The position numbers and the translations under genes were made by a program. Shown here piece after piece: positions 18,759 through 28,272 of a DNA stretch of 59,948 nucleotides. This DNA comes from Nitrososphaerota archaeon. GTDB taxonomy: Archaea; Thermoproteota; Nitrososphaeria; PSMU01. The stretch spans positions 1-59,948 of the forward strand of contig PSMU01000005.1 of assembly GCA_040290255.1 (NCBI GenBank). Reading direction: 5' to 3'. The stretch's first letter is position 1; the number at the start of each line of letters is the position of its first letter. A model generated the notes under the pieces. That model made no database searches, was not told where the DNA came from, and saw only the letters and a list, made by a program, of their open reading frames with translations.

Positions 18759-20342
18759 TCAGCCCAGCGCCCTGGCCACGGGGCCGCGCCTGTCATGCTT
18801 CACGGCGCCCGCGTATATCCTGCCGGGCCTCGACCTATAGGCGGGCACGCCCACCGCCACCACGAGCAGGCACTCCCTTCCCTCGGCATGCGGCAGGAAG
18901 CACTCCCTGACGTCGTCATCGTAGAAGGTGAGGCCAGTGGCGCCCAGTGAGAGCGAGTACGCGGCCAGGTAGGCGAGGCCCGCCCTTATGCCCGCCTCGA
19001 GCTGGCAGGCCCTGTAGCCCCTGTTGCCCAGCCCCTCCACTATTTCGGCCAGGTCCCCCATCAGGAAGAGCACGGCGGCCGCATCCGCGCCCAGGGCCTG
19101 CTCCAGGCAGAGGTAGCCGGCCAGCTCCCTCATCTCTCCCTGGCGGAGCTGGCAGAGCTCCTCCCTCTCGGCGTCGTAGAAGTAGGCGCCCGGCGCGAGG
19201 TCCAGGACCGCGTTGGCGATCAGGTATATGTGCGCGAGCCGCCGGGAGGCGCGCAGGAAGTCGCAGGGCAGCGGCGCCGCCATAGTTCTAAGGATCGCGG
19301 AGAGCTGCGCGAGCGTTATGGGCCTGCGCGAGAACTCGCGCGCCGAGCCCCTCCTGAGGATGACCTGCCAGAGCGGCGGGGAGGGAGGGCTTACGCGGGG
19401 AAGGGAGAGGGCCGCCCTGATGCCCGGCCTCGGCCCTCCTTCCCTTACCCCCTGCGCGCAGGCCCTGGCCCACCTCTCCAGCTCCTCCCTGCTCACCAGC
19501 TTGGAGCTCTCATACGCCTCCTCCACCAGCGGATAGCGCAGTGAAGCGCGCGAGAGCGGAAGCGCGCTCGCCCTCAGCCGCCCTAGCGGGCCGCGGGGAG
19601 GGGCCCCCTGGCCAGGGCCCACCGTGAGCAGGGCGATGGCCGCCTCCTCCCTGCCATCGAGGCCCAGGAGCTCGTTGAGCCCATCATCCAGGAAGCCCAG
19701 CATCACGTATGCGCCCAGCCCCTCGGCCGCGCAGATGCAGAGCATGTTGGCCAGGATCGTGCCCGCATCCCAGAACCAGTGCCTGTACGACCTGGCTTCA
19801 TACTTCCACGCGTTTCTCCAGGCCATCGAGCTGAAGATGAAGGTGAGCGGCGCGGACGCGCGCTCCTTATCGGCCAGGGCCTCGGCCACCGCCCACCGGT
19901 GCTCCCCTTCCCTTAGCAGGTCGAGCCTGAACTCGCCGGGGTCGAAGTGATAGACGCCGGCGGGCAGCCCCGGAAGCGAAGCGCTCGCCGCATAAATCTC
20001 GGTCTCATAGAGCGCGCCCGTGGCAGAGGCGGCCCTGAAGTAGACCCTCATCCCCGGGTAGTCCTTTACCCTCGTTATGCCGGCCGAGTAGAAGAGCAGC
20101 TCCGCGACGCGCTCCAGGCCCAGGCTGCCCCCTCCCTGGCCCGTCAGCTGAAGGCCCAGCGCCGGGGCCTCGGGCCTCGGGAAGGACCTGGGCAGCTCCA
20201 GCCCAGGGGCCTCCCGGTAGACCTTGAAGGGATAGGGGTAATTGGCCCAGTCCAGCCTCCTGGAGCCCAGCCTCACGCTGACGTAGCTGTGCTTTGTCCG
20301 CTCATGGTACTCCAGCGCCTGGCGCGAGCCCCAGTTGCCCAA
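18759..20342 (-). CDS. Tandem-domain SagB/ThcOx-family nitroreductase
   Basis: YHERTKH, RAASATGALY, WRNAWKYEARSYRH..DAG; second domain RRGSAREF..RGYR..LEAG..ATGLTFYDD. Confidence 0.88.
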   Translation of the reverse strand: MGNWGSRQALEYHERTKHSYVSVRLGSRRLDWANYPYPFKVYREAPGLELPRSFPRPEAPALGLQLTGQGGGSLGLERVAELLFYSAGITRVKDYPGMRVYFRAASATGALYETEIYAASASLPGLPAGVYHFDPGEFRLDLLREGEHRWAVAEALADKERASAPLTFIFSSMAWRNAWKYEARSYRHWFWDAGTILANMLCICAAEGLGAYVMLGFLDDGLNELLGLDGREEAAIALLTVGPGQGAPPRGPLGRLRASALPLSRASLRYPLVEEAYESSKLVSREELERWARACAQGVREGGPRPGIRAALSLPRVSPPSPPLWQVILRRGSAREFSRRPITLAQLSAILRTMAAPLPCDFLRASRRLAHIYLIANAVLDLAPGAYFYDAEREELCQLRQGEMRELAGYLCLEQALGADAAAVLFLMGDLAEIVEGLGNRGYRACQLEAGIRAGLAYLAAYSLSLGATGLTFYDDDVRECFLPHAEGRECLLVVAVGVPAYRSRPGRIYAGAVKHDRRGPVARALG

Positions 20343-20396
20343 GCCCCGCCCCTCAGCGCCCGCCAGAGCTTAATATTGGCTGCCGCCTCAAGGGGC

Positions 20397-21083
20397 GTGC
20401 CTAGGCGCTCAAGCGTGGCGAGCTATGTGAGGGAGATGATCTCCTACAGGCCCGCCCTGAGGGAATGCCTGGCCTTAGGGCTGGTGAACCACAGCGCGCT
20501 CGCGCGCCTCCTGCAGAAGGAGATGGCCGCGCAGGGCCTAAGGGCCTCCCTCAGCGCCGTGAAGATGACGCTCATAAGGGCCGGCGAGGCCATGAGGGGG
20601 CAGGCGGCCTCCTACGAGGAGAAGATCCTGGCCGTGCTGGCGGGCTCCGTGCTGGAGCTCAGGTCGGACCTGGTCCTGCTCGTGGCCAGGAGGGCGGCGG
20701 TGCAGAGGGGGATGGAGGGCCTGCTGAGGCTCGCCAGGGGCGCCAGGTTCTTTCAGCTCACGCAGGGCGTGGAGGTCTTCGTCGTCACGCTCTCGAAGGA
20801 GAATGAGCAGGAGGCCCGGAGGCTGTTGGGAGGCGGCATCCTGCGCGCGATAGGGGAGCAGGCGGCGCTGGTCATCATAAGCCCCGAGGAGATCTACGAC
20901 ACGCCGGGCTTCATCGCCTTCGTCACCTCCCACCTCGCCTCGAGGGGCATAAACATCACGCAGATCCTCTCCTGCCACAGCGACACGGTGCTGGTGGTGC
21001 ATAGAGATGACGCGGCCAGGGCCTACCGCCTGCTCGATGAGCTGCTCGCCCACGCGAAGAAAAAGAAACGTTCGGAACAATAG
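20397..21083 (+). CDS. HTH + ACT-domain protein, putative regulator (paralog 2)
   Basis: GTG start at 20397. ECLALGLVNHSALARLL..AVKMTLIR; SPEEIYDTPGFIA..GINITQILSCHSDTVLVV. Directly upstream of lysW. Confidence 0.8.
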   Translation: MPRRSSVASYVREMISYRPALRECLALGLVNHSALARLLQKEMAAQGLRASLSAVKMTLIRAGEAMRGQAASYEEKILAVLAGSVLELRSDLVLLVARRAAVQRGMEGLLRLARGARFFQLTQGVEVFVVTLSKENEQEARRLLGGGILRAIGEQAALVIISPEEIYDTPGFIAFVTSHLASRGINITQILSCHSDTVLVVHRDDAARAYRLLDELLAHAKKKKRSEQ

Positions 21084-21087
21084 AGGA

Positions 21088-21122
21088 GTGAAATAAAGTT
21101 AAATGTTACAAAAATCTTAAAT
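21088..21122 (+). promoter_or_regulatory. lysW operon promoter
   Basis: AT-rich island. TTAAAT at 21117-21122 lies 21 nt before the GTG. ATAAAGTTAAAT at 21093-21104 is identical to 16563-16574. Confidence 0.6.
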
Positions 21123-21143
21123 CCGCACCGCCGAAGCCCGCGC

Positions 21144-21317
21144 GTGGCCTCGCTCAGCGCATCCTGCCCGGTCTGTGAAACGAGCCTGGGCTTGGCGAGC
21201 CCCCGCCTGCACGAGGTGCTCGAGTGCCCCACCTGCGGCGTGAGGCTCGAGGTCTCCAGCCTGAGCCCCCTCGTGTTGGAGGAGCTGCCCGAAGTGAAGG
21301 AGGACTGGGGCGAGTAG
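21144..21317 (+). CDS. lysW: Amino-group carrier protein LysW (57 aa)
   Basis: Manual translation: MASLSASCPVCETSLGLASPRLHEVLECPTCGVRLEVSSLSPLVLEELPEVKEDWGE. Two CxxC motifs and the C-terminal EDWGE. Confidence 0.97.
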   Translation: MASLSASCPVCETSLGLASPRLHEVLECPTCGVRLEVSSLSPLVLEELPEVKEDWGE

Positions 21318-21324
21318 CGCGCGA

Positions 21325-22152
21325 ATGACGCTCAGGATAGGCATCACCTACACCCTCCTGCGCAGGGAGGAGCAGATGCTTCAGGAGCGCGCGAGGGAGT
21401 TCGGCGAGGTGATCATGCTACATGAGGCGGAGGCCGTGCTGCCCCGCGCGAAGGAGCTGGACGTCGTCCTCATAAGAAACGTGGCCCACCATAAGGCGCT
21501 CTACCTGGCCAGGCTCTTCGAGGAGCTGGGGTGCGCCGTCGTGAACCCCTCTGCCGTCATTCATGAGGCGGGCGATAAGCTGCTGGCCACGCTGAGGCTC
21601 TCAAGGCGCGTGCCCGTGCCGAGATGGAGGGTGGCCATGGATAGGGAGGCGGCGCTCAGGGCCGCTGAAGAACTCGGCTATCCGGTGGTCATGAAACCCC
21701 TGGTGGGCAGCTGGGGCAGGATGGTCGTGAAGCTCAACGACCGAGATGCGCTGGAGGCGGTGCTGGAGCACCGGCAGTGGATGGAGAACCCGCTGCAGGG
21801 CATCTACCTGCTGCAGGAGTACGTGGAGAAGCCCGGCAGGGACATAAGGAGCCACGTCTTCGGCGGGAAGTTCATCGCGAGCATCTACAGGAGGGCCCAG
21901 CACTGGGTGACCAACACCGCCAGGGGCGCCATGGCGGAGCCGTGCGACTCGGAGGAGGTCAGGGAGCTGTCGCTGAGGGCCTGGGAGGCCTTCGGCCGCG
22001 GGGCCCTGGCCATCGATATCTTCGAGAGCCCGCGCGGCCTGCTCGTGGATGAGCTCAACCCGGTCATGGAGTTCAAGAACGCGGTGGCGGCCACGGGCGT
22101 GGACGTGGCCAGGAAGCTGGTGGAGCATGCCGTGGAGGTGGCGAGGCGCTGA
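21325..22152 (+). CDS. lysX: LysW ligase (ATP-grasp), LysX/ArgX family
   Basis: KPLVGSWGR, QEYVEKPGRDIR, WVTNTARG, MEFKNA. Confidence 0.95.
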   Translation: MTLRIGITYTLLRREEQMLQERAREFGEVIMLHEAEAVLPRAKELDVVLIRNVAHHKALYLARLFEELGCAVVNPSAVIHEAGDKLLATLRLSRRVPVPRWRVAMDREAALRAAEELGYPVVMKPLVGSWGRMVVKLNDRDALEAVLEHRQWMENPLQGIYLLQEYVEKPGRDIRSHVFGGKFIASIYRRAQHWVTNTARGAMAEPCDSEEVRELSLRAWEAFGRGALAIDIFESPRGLLVDELNPVMEFKNAVAATGVDVARKLVEHAVEVARR

Positions 22153-23144
22153 TCAGGGCCGCCGTGGTGGGAGGGGGAGGCTATGTGGCGGGCGAGCTGC
22201 TGAGGCTGCTGGCCAGGCATCCCCACGTGGAGATCGCCGCCGTCGTCTCGAGGACGCATAGGGATAGGCTCGTGCATAAGGTGCATCCCCATCTCAGGGG
22301 CCTGGGCCTGAAGTTCAGGGGCGATTACTCCTTCGATGCCGACGCGGTCTTCCTGGCCCTGCCTCATGGCCTCTCCATGAAGGTGGCCCGCGAGTTCGTG
22401 GGCCGGATGAAGGTCATAGACCTCAGCGCGGACTTCAGGCTCAGCCGCGAGCTCTATGAGCGCTATTATGGCCCGCATGAGGCCCCCGAGCTGCTAGGGA
22501 AGTTCGTCTATGGGCTGCCGGAGCTCTATAGGGAGAGGATAAGGGGCGCGGAGCTCATCGCCAACCCCGGCTGCAATGCCACGGCCGCGATAATAGCGCT
22601 CTACCCTGTGAAGGATGCCGTGAAGGAGGCGCTCGTGGACGTGAAGGCCGCTTCCAGCGCGGGCGGAAGGGGAGGGGGAATGGCCTCGCTGCATGCGGAG
22701 AGGGCCCATGTGGTCCGCGTCTACGCCGAGGGCTCTCATAGGCATGAAGCGGAGGTGCTGCAGGCCACCGGCATAAGGGCCCGGATCACGGCCCACGCCG
22801 TCGATATGGTCAGGGGGCTCATGGCCACCATCTACCTTCAGGCGCCCCTCGGCGAGGCGGAGCTCTTCAGGAGGTTCTCCATCTATTCGCGGGAACCCTT
22901 CGTCAGGCTCGTCAGGGAGAAGGGCTGGGGCCTGCAGCGCCTGCCCGACCCCAAGTATGTGCTGGGCAGCAACTTCGTAGATGTGGGCTTCACGGGCTCT
23001 CAGGGCGAGGGGGGCGCCACGCTCTACGCGGCCCTAGATAACCTCGTCAAGGGAGCGGCGGGGCAGGCGGTCCAGAACATGAACCTGGCCTTCGGCCTCG
23101 CCGAAGCGGAGGGCCTGGAGCAGCTGCCCCTCTTTCCGGCCTAG
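22149..23144 (+). CDS. lysY: LysW-aminoadipate/glutamyl-phosphate reductase (LysY/ArgC); probable CTG start
   Basis: (M)IRAAVVGGGGYVAGELLRLL, DLSADFRL, YGLPE, ANPGCNAT, DNLVKGAAGQAVQNMN. Confidence 0.95.
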   Translation: MIRAAVVGGGGYVAGELLRLLARHPHVEIAAVVSRTHRDRLVHKVHPHLRGLGLKFRGDYSFDADAVFLALPHGLSMKVAREFVGRMKVIDLSADFRLSRELYERYYGPHEAPELLGKFVYGLPELYRERIRGAELIANPGCNATAAIIALYPVKDAVKEALVDVKAASSAGGRGGGMASLHAERAHVVRVYAEGSHRHEAEVLQATGIRARITAHAVDMVRGLMATIYLQAPLGEAELFRRFSIYSREPFVRLVREKGWGLQRLPDPKYVLGSNFVDVGFTGSQGEGGATLYAALDNLVKGAAGQAVQNMNLAFGLAEAEGLEQLPLFPA

Positions 23145-23151
23145 CGCGGGC

Positions 23152-23883
23152 TTGAGGATGGTAAAGGTGGGGAGCGGCGTGCTCGGGCACCTCGACGAGT
23201 TCCCGGAGCTGCTGGGGGCGCAGCTGGTCGTGCACGGCAGCTCGGCGCGCGCCGATGAGCTCTGCAGGAGGCTGGGCCTGCCGGTCACAAGGCTCGTGAG
23301 CGCCTCCGGCCTGGAGTTCAGGTACACGCCCAGGCCCGTGCTGGAAGCATATGTGATGGCCACGCTGGCCGTAAACAAGGAATTGGTCGCTTATCTGGCC
23401 AGCAGGGGGATAAGGGCGCTGGGCCTCGCGGGCCCCGATGGCGCCGTCATAAGGGCGAGGAGGAAGGCGCTGCTCATAGCCGAGGTCGAGGGCGTCGAGA
23501 TGGCCATAAGGGACGACTTCTCCGGCGAGCTCGTGGCCGTTGATGCGGAGCTGCTGGGCCGGCTCATGCGCGCCTATGTGCCCGTTATAGCGCCCATCGC
23601 GCTGGGCGAGGAGCACGAGCTGCTGAACGTGGACGGCGATAAGCTCGCGCTCTTCCTGGCGAAGGCCCTGAAGGCCCAGGAGCTCACCTTCCTGAGCCGC
23701 AGCGCGCTGCTGCTGGGCGGGAGGGTGGCCGAGCGGCTCTCGCTCGGGGCCCTCGAGGAGGCCCTTCGGGAGGCGAAGGGGGGCATGAGGAGGAAGCTGC
23801 TGGCCTGCCGCGAGGCCCTGGCCTCGGGCATAGCCAGGGTGCGCATCAGGGGCCTTAACGGAGAGACGGAGGTGGTGCCTTGA
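23152..23883 (+). CDS. lysZ: LysW-aminoadipate/glutamate kinase (LysZ/ArgB)
   Basis: VKVG, VHG, FRYT, LNVDGD, GGMRRKL. Confidence 0.93.
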   Translation: MRMVKVGSGVLGHLDEFPELLGAQLVVHGSSARADELCRRLGLPVTRLVSASGLEFRYTPRPVLEAYVMATLAVNKELVAYLASRGIRALGLAGPDGAVIRARRKALLIAEVEGVEMAIRDDFSGELVAVDAELLGRLMRAYVPVIAPIALGEEHELLNVDGDKLALFLAKALKAQELTFLSRSALLLGGRVAERLSLGALEEALREAKGGMRRKLLACREALASGIARVRIRGLNGETEVVP

Positions 23884-24977
23884 GGGAGCTGGGCGTCTAC
23901 GGCAAGAGGCTGAGGCTCGTGAGGGGCAAGGGCCCCTATGTCTGGGATGACCGCGGAAGGAAGTATATCGACGCGATAGCGGGCGTGGGCCTGGCCGTGC
24001 TGGGGCATGCCCACGAGGTGGTGGCGCGCGCGGTCTCGGAGCAGATGAGCCTACTTCCCGTGGCCGGCAACATGTTCCTTCATCGCCCGCTCGACGAGCT
24101 GCTGGAGGAGCTGGGCAGGTGGGTGAAGTATGAATTCGCGTTCTTCAGCAACTCGGGCAGCGAGGCCGTCGAGAACGCCATCAAGCTGGCCAGGCTTCAC
24201 ACGGGCAGGAGCGAGGTCGTGGCGATGGTGAACGGCTTTCACGGCAGGACGCTGGGCGCCCTGGCCGCGACGTGGAGGGAGAAGTACAGGGAGGGCTTCG
24301 GCCCCCTGCCGGGGGGCTTTCGCCACATCCCCTTCAACGATATCGAGGCGGCCCAGGGCGCCATCACCAACGAGACCGCCGCCGTGCTCGTGGAGCCCAT
24401 ACAGGGCGAGGGGGGCGTGGTGCCCGCGAAGCGCGAGTTCCTGAAGGCGCTCAGGGAGCTCTGCAGCGAGAGGGGCGCCCTGCTGATCGCCGATGAGGTG
24501 CAGACGGGCCTGAGGACCGGCAGCTTCCTGGCCTGCCAGGGCTACGGCGTCGAGCCCGATATCGTGGCCATGGGCAAGGGCCTGGCCAACGGCCTTCCCA
24601 TAGGCCTCACGCTCTCGAACTTCGATGTGCCCAGGGGAAAGCTGGGCAGCACCTTCGGCGGGAACCCCGTCGCCTGCGCGGCCGCGGCCGCCTGCCTTAG
24701 GGTGCTCAGGCGCGAGCAGCTGGTCCAGAGGGCGGCGGGGAAGTTCTTCGAGGTCAGGGCGGACAAGGCGCTCATGACGAGGGGGAGGGGGCTGATGATG
24801 GGCGTCGTGCTCAGGGAGCCCGCGGAGCCCTACATGCTGAAGCTTCAGGAGGGGGGGATCCTGGTGAACACGGCGGGCGAGAGGGTCCTGAGGCTCCTGC
24901 CGCCGCTGATCGTGGAGCAGGAGCTGCAGCAGGTCCGGGCCGCGCTCGAGGGGGTGCTGAATGAGGGAGGGCGATGA
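23880..24977 (+). CDS. lysJ: LysW-semialdehyde aminotransferase (LysJ/ArgD, class III)
   Basis: [41 protein letters not shown]. Confidence 0.95.
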   Translation: MRELGVYGKRLRLVRGKGPYVWDDRGRKYIDAIAGVGLAVLGHAHEVVARAVSEQMSLLPVAGNMFLHRPLDELLEELGRWVKYEFAFFSNSGSEAVENAIKLARLHTGRSEVVAMVNGFHGRTLGALAATWREKYREGFGPLPGGFRHIPFNDIEAAQGAITNETAAVLVEPIQGEGGVVPAKREFLKALRELCSERGALLIADEVQTGLRTGSFLACQGYGVEPDIVAMGKGLANGLPIGLTLSNFDVPRGKLGSTFGGNPVACAAAAACLRVLRREQLVQRAAGKFFEVRADKALMTRGRGLMMGVVLREPAEPYMLKLQEGGILVNTAGERVLRLLPPLIVEQELQQVRAALEGVLNEGGR

Positions 24978-25941
24978 GGCGGTGAACCTGCTCCGGCGCC
25001 TGCTGAAGGCCTACAGCCCCACGGGAAGGGAGGGCCGCGTCGCGAAGCTGCTCCTCGAGGAGCTGCGGGCGAGAGGCATCGACGCATACACGGACGAGGC
25101 GGGCAACGTGCTGGCGCATAAGAAGGGGCCCGGCCCGCGGATCCTGCTGGCGGGGCATATGGATACCGTCCGCGGCTACATACCGGTCCGCAGGAGGGGC
25201 GAGGAGCTCTGCGGGAGGGGGGCCGTGGATGCCAAGGGGCCCCTGGCCTGCCTGCTCTTCGCCTTCCTGGAGGGCGAGGCCGATATGACCTTCGCGGGCC
25301 TGGTGGATGAGGAGGGGGGCTCCAGGGGCGCGAGGGCCCTCACCGTGCCCCGGCCCGAGTACGTCATCGTGGGCGAGCCGAGCGGCTGGGAGGGCGTGGC
25401 GATCGCCTACAGGGGCAGCCTTACGCTCCGCATGAGGGCCAGGGTTGAAAGGTTTCACGCAAGCTCCAGCGCCAAGGGCGCGGCGGAGCTGCTCATCGAC
25501 AGGTGGCTGAAGCTCAGCGAGGGCTTCGGGCCCGGCTTCTACAGGCCCAGCGGGAGGATCCTGAGCTTTAAGGCCAGGGAGGGGCCCTTTGCCTATGAAG
25601 CCGAGATGGTGGTCAACGTCAGGATACCGCCCGGAGCCGCTATGCCCTCCTGTGGCGAAGTGCTGGAGTGGACGCCGCCCTATGAGCTCGCGCCCACGAG
25701 GCCGCTCGTGAGGGCCTTTGTAAGGGCGATACGCCGGCAGCGAGGCAGGCCTCAGCTGAAGAAGAAGCTGGGCACGAGCGATCTGAACCTGCTGGCCGCC
25801 CGCTTTGCATGTGAGGCCGTCGCCTATGGCCCCGGCGACTCGAGCCTCGATCACACGCCCCACGAGCGCATAAGCCTGCAGGAGTACCTGAGGGCCCTTG
25901 AGGTCCTGAAGGGCGCGCTGCTGGAGCTAAGGCGTGCGTGA
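24961..25941 (+). CDS. lysK: LysW-lysine/ornithine hydrolase (M20)
   Basis: [37 protein letters not shown]. Confidence 0.95.
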   Translation: MREGDEAVNLLRRLLKAYSPTGREGRVAKLLLEELRARGIDAYTDEAGNVLAHKKGPGPRILLAGHMDTVRGYIPVRRRGEELCGRGAVDAKGPLACLLFAFLEGEADMTFAGLVDEEGGSRGARALTVPRPEYVIVGEPSGWEGVAIAYRGSLTLRMRARVERFHASSSAKGAAELLIDRWLKLSEGFGPGFYRPSGRILSFKAREGPFAYEAEMVVNVRIPPGAAMPSCGEVLEWTPPYELAPTRPLVRAFVRAIRRQRGRPQLKKKLGTSDLNLLAARFACEAVAYGPGDSSLDHTPHERISLQEYLRALEVLKGALLELRRA

Positions 25942-25990
25942 GCTCTCCAGGGCTTGCTAACCTTATATCTGGCCCAGGGCCCCTGCTCTC

Positions 25991-26064
25991 GGGCCGGTCG
26001 TCTAGCCTGGTAGGACGCGCGCTTGGCATGCGCGAGGTCGCGGGTTCAAATCCCGCCCGGTCCA
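25991..26064 (+). tRNA. tRNA-Ala(GGC), no intron, CCA not encoded
   Basis: Full cloverleaf: acceptor GGGCCGG/CCGGTCC with G3:U70, anticodon arm CGCGC-TTGGCAT-GCGCG, GGTTCAAATCC T arm. Confidence 0.97.
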
Positions 26065-26284
26065 CATTTTAACATGTCCTGAACGCCGTTCGAGCTCAGC
26101 CCATCGATCCAGGCCCCCTTCAATCCCCTCTGACACGGCCATGAAGCCGGCAAGGGCTGCTTGCTGTTCACGATGCTCCATGAGCCTGCCGCCAGGGCCC
26201 CCGGCGAGGGCAAAAAGGGCTTATGTGGCACACAGGCCGGTGCAGGGCATGGAGGGCTAAAGGGAGCCAGGGAACGCCCGGCCG

Positions 26285-26383
26285 ATGCTGCCACGCGGCC
26301 CCGAGCCCCTGCTCGTGGCGCGCACCTTCGATGCGCACGCCCATGACTTTGACCGATGGTATAAGAGGCATGCTGCCCTCTCC
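26285..26383 (+). pseudogene. N-terminal fragment of a class I SAM methyltransferase
   Basis: MLPRGPEPLLVARTFDAHAHDFDRWYKRHAAL has the FD..A..YD.WY pattern and runs straight into the oxidoreductase remnant. Confidence 0.5.
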
Positions 26384-27134
26384 ATGACCGGACCGGTGGA
26401 AGGGGGGCTGGCGGCGGCGTGGAGCTGAGGCTGGGCGAGAGGTTGGAGGCCACGAGGGGGAGGGCAGGAAGAGGGTCGTCACGGATAAGGGCGCTATGAG
26501 GCAGACCTCGTGCTCCTGGCCGTGGGCGTTAGGCCGAGGCCTCGCTGGCCAAGAAGCTGGGCCTGCGGCTGGGAAAGGCAGGGGCGATAAGCGTTGACCA
26601 GGGCATGAGGACGAGCGAGCAGGACATATTTGCGGCCGGGGACTGCGTGGCCACCAGGTCGCTGATCACGGCGATGAGGCGTACATACCGCTGGGCCAGA
26701 CGGCCAATAAGATGGGGTATCTGGCGGGCGAGAACGCCGCGGGCGGCGACCTGGAATTTCCCGGCGTCCTAGGGTCGGCCATCACTAAGTTCGGCGCCCC
26801 GCAGATAGGGAGGGTGGGCCTGACCGAGAGGGAGGCGCGGGAAAGGGGGCTTCGCATAACCTCACAGAGGATCGCCGTCCGCACGAGGGCGCACTATTAT
26901 CCGGGCCTAAAGGAGATTCACCTTAAGTTGATAGCAACACAGGAGGACGACCGCCTTCTCGGCGCCCAGCTGCTGGGCTATGAGGGGGTCTGGGGAAGGC
27001 TCAACGTCTTGGCCATGGCCATAGCCTCGGGCATGACGGCCAGGCAGCTCTTCCTCAGCGACCTGGCCTATGCCCCTCCCTTCGGGCCCGTCCGGGGTCC
27101 CATCATCGTGGGGGCCAGGGTGCTCCTAAGGTAG
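26384..27134 (+). pseudogene. CoA-disulfide reductase/NADH oxidase family, 5'-truncated and multiply frameshifted
   Basis: Fragments in shifting frames: GVELRLGE, VVTDKG, YEADLVLLAVGVRP, MRTS..DIFAAGDC, YIPLGQTANKMG, LLGAQ, DLAYAPPF. Confidence 0.88.
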
Positions 27135-27171
27135 CGTAAAACAATAAATAAGGCCCCCGCATCGCGCGCCC

Positions 27172-27840
27172 GTGCCCCTCCTCTCCGAAGCGCAGAAGGA
27201 GCTGGTGAGGGCCAAGCTGGAGAGGGAGCTCGCGGGGCCCGTCAGGCTGGTCGTCTTTACGCAGGAGTTCGAGTGCGACTACTGCCATTATACCAGGGAC
27301 CTCGCGGAGCTCCTCGCCTCCCTCAGCGCGAAGCTAAGGCTCGAGGTCTACGACCTCCAGGCCCATGCTGAGAAGGCCAGAGCCTGGGGCGTCGATAAGA
27401 TCCCCGCTTTGCTCATCTTCGGGAGCAGGGAGTACAGGCTCAGGTACTTCGGCGTGCCCAGCGGCTTCGAGTTCGGCGCCCTGCTGGAGGACCTGATAGA
27501 TGCATCGAGGGGCACCACGAGGCTGAGCGAGCCCACGAAGAGGGCGCTTAAGCAGGTGAACGCGCCCGTGCACATACAGGTCTTCGTCACGCCCACCTGC
27601 CCCTACTGCCCTAGGGCCGTGCGCCTCGCCCATCAGATGGCCATCGAAAGCGAGCATATCGCCGCCGATATGGTCGAGGTGACCGAGTTCCCCCATCTTG
27701 CCGAGAGGTATCAGGTCATGGCCGTGCCCAAGGTGGTGATTAACGATGTGCTCTCCTTCGAGGGCGCGCTGCCCGAGCCCCTCTTCCTCCAGCACGTCCT
27801 CCTCGCGGCCAGCGGCGACAGGTACCTAAGCCACCGCTAG
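27172..27840 (+). CDS. Protein disulfide oxidoreductase (two thioredoxin folds)
   Basis: CDYC and CPYC sites, GVPSGFEF, VMAVPKVVIN. Confidence 0.93.
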   Translation: MPLLSEAQKELVRAKLERELAGPVRLVVFTQEFECDYCHYTRDLAELLASLSAKLRLEVYDLQAHAEKARAWGVDKIPALLIFGSREYRLRYFGVPSGFEFGALLEDLIDASRGTTRLSEPTKRALKQVNAPVHIQVFVTPTCPYCPRAVRLAHQMAIESEHIAADMVEVTEFPHLAERYQVMAVPKVVINDVLSFEGALPEPLFLQHVLLAASGDRYLSHR

Positions 27841-27938
27841 CGCGGCGCTCTCGCGCTGCCTTGGCCGGGAACGCCCGCAGGCCTTATAGCGGGGCCTCGG
27901 CGCGCCCCCTTATTATGAGGAAGCGGGGGGCTCAACGC

Positions 27939-28272
27939 TCATTCGACCTCCTCCAGGCGATCTATGAACCTCCTATACCAGCCCTCGAACTCGGCCGCGG
28001 TCACGACGTGAAGCTCTAGTGGAGCGCAGTAATCGAAGGCCTTCAGGACTTGCGCCTTAAGCCTGACCGCCTCCTCCCTCGTTATTCCGCCGCAGACCAT
28101 CAACAGGTCTATGTGCTTGAAGCGGTGCACTCGCCCCTCAGCACTGAGCCGAAGATGTAGACCCTGGCATCAGGCCTGACCTCCCTGACGATCCGCTTTA
28201 CCTGTCCGGCGATGCTCTAAATTCCCTGAGCAGGTCTAGCGTCCTCCTCCAGCCCTCGTGGACCTCACCCAC
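27939..28272 (-). pseudogene. Minimal nucleotidyltransferase (MNT antitoxin), frameshifted
   Basis: MGEVHEGWRRTLDLLREF / ..PDARVYIFGSVLRGECTASS / IDLLMV..PLELHVVT..WYRRFID; the GS..RG...DID motif is split across frames. Confidence 0.85.

Noticed and set aside
19947-20396. N-terminal extension of the 378-aa ORF
   Set aside because: It overlaps the SagB-like gene antisense; similarity to the paralog starts only near GTG 20397.
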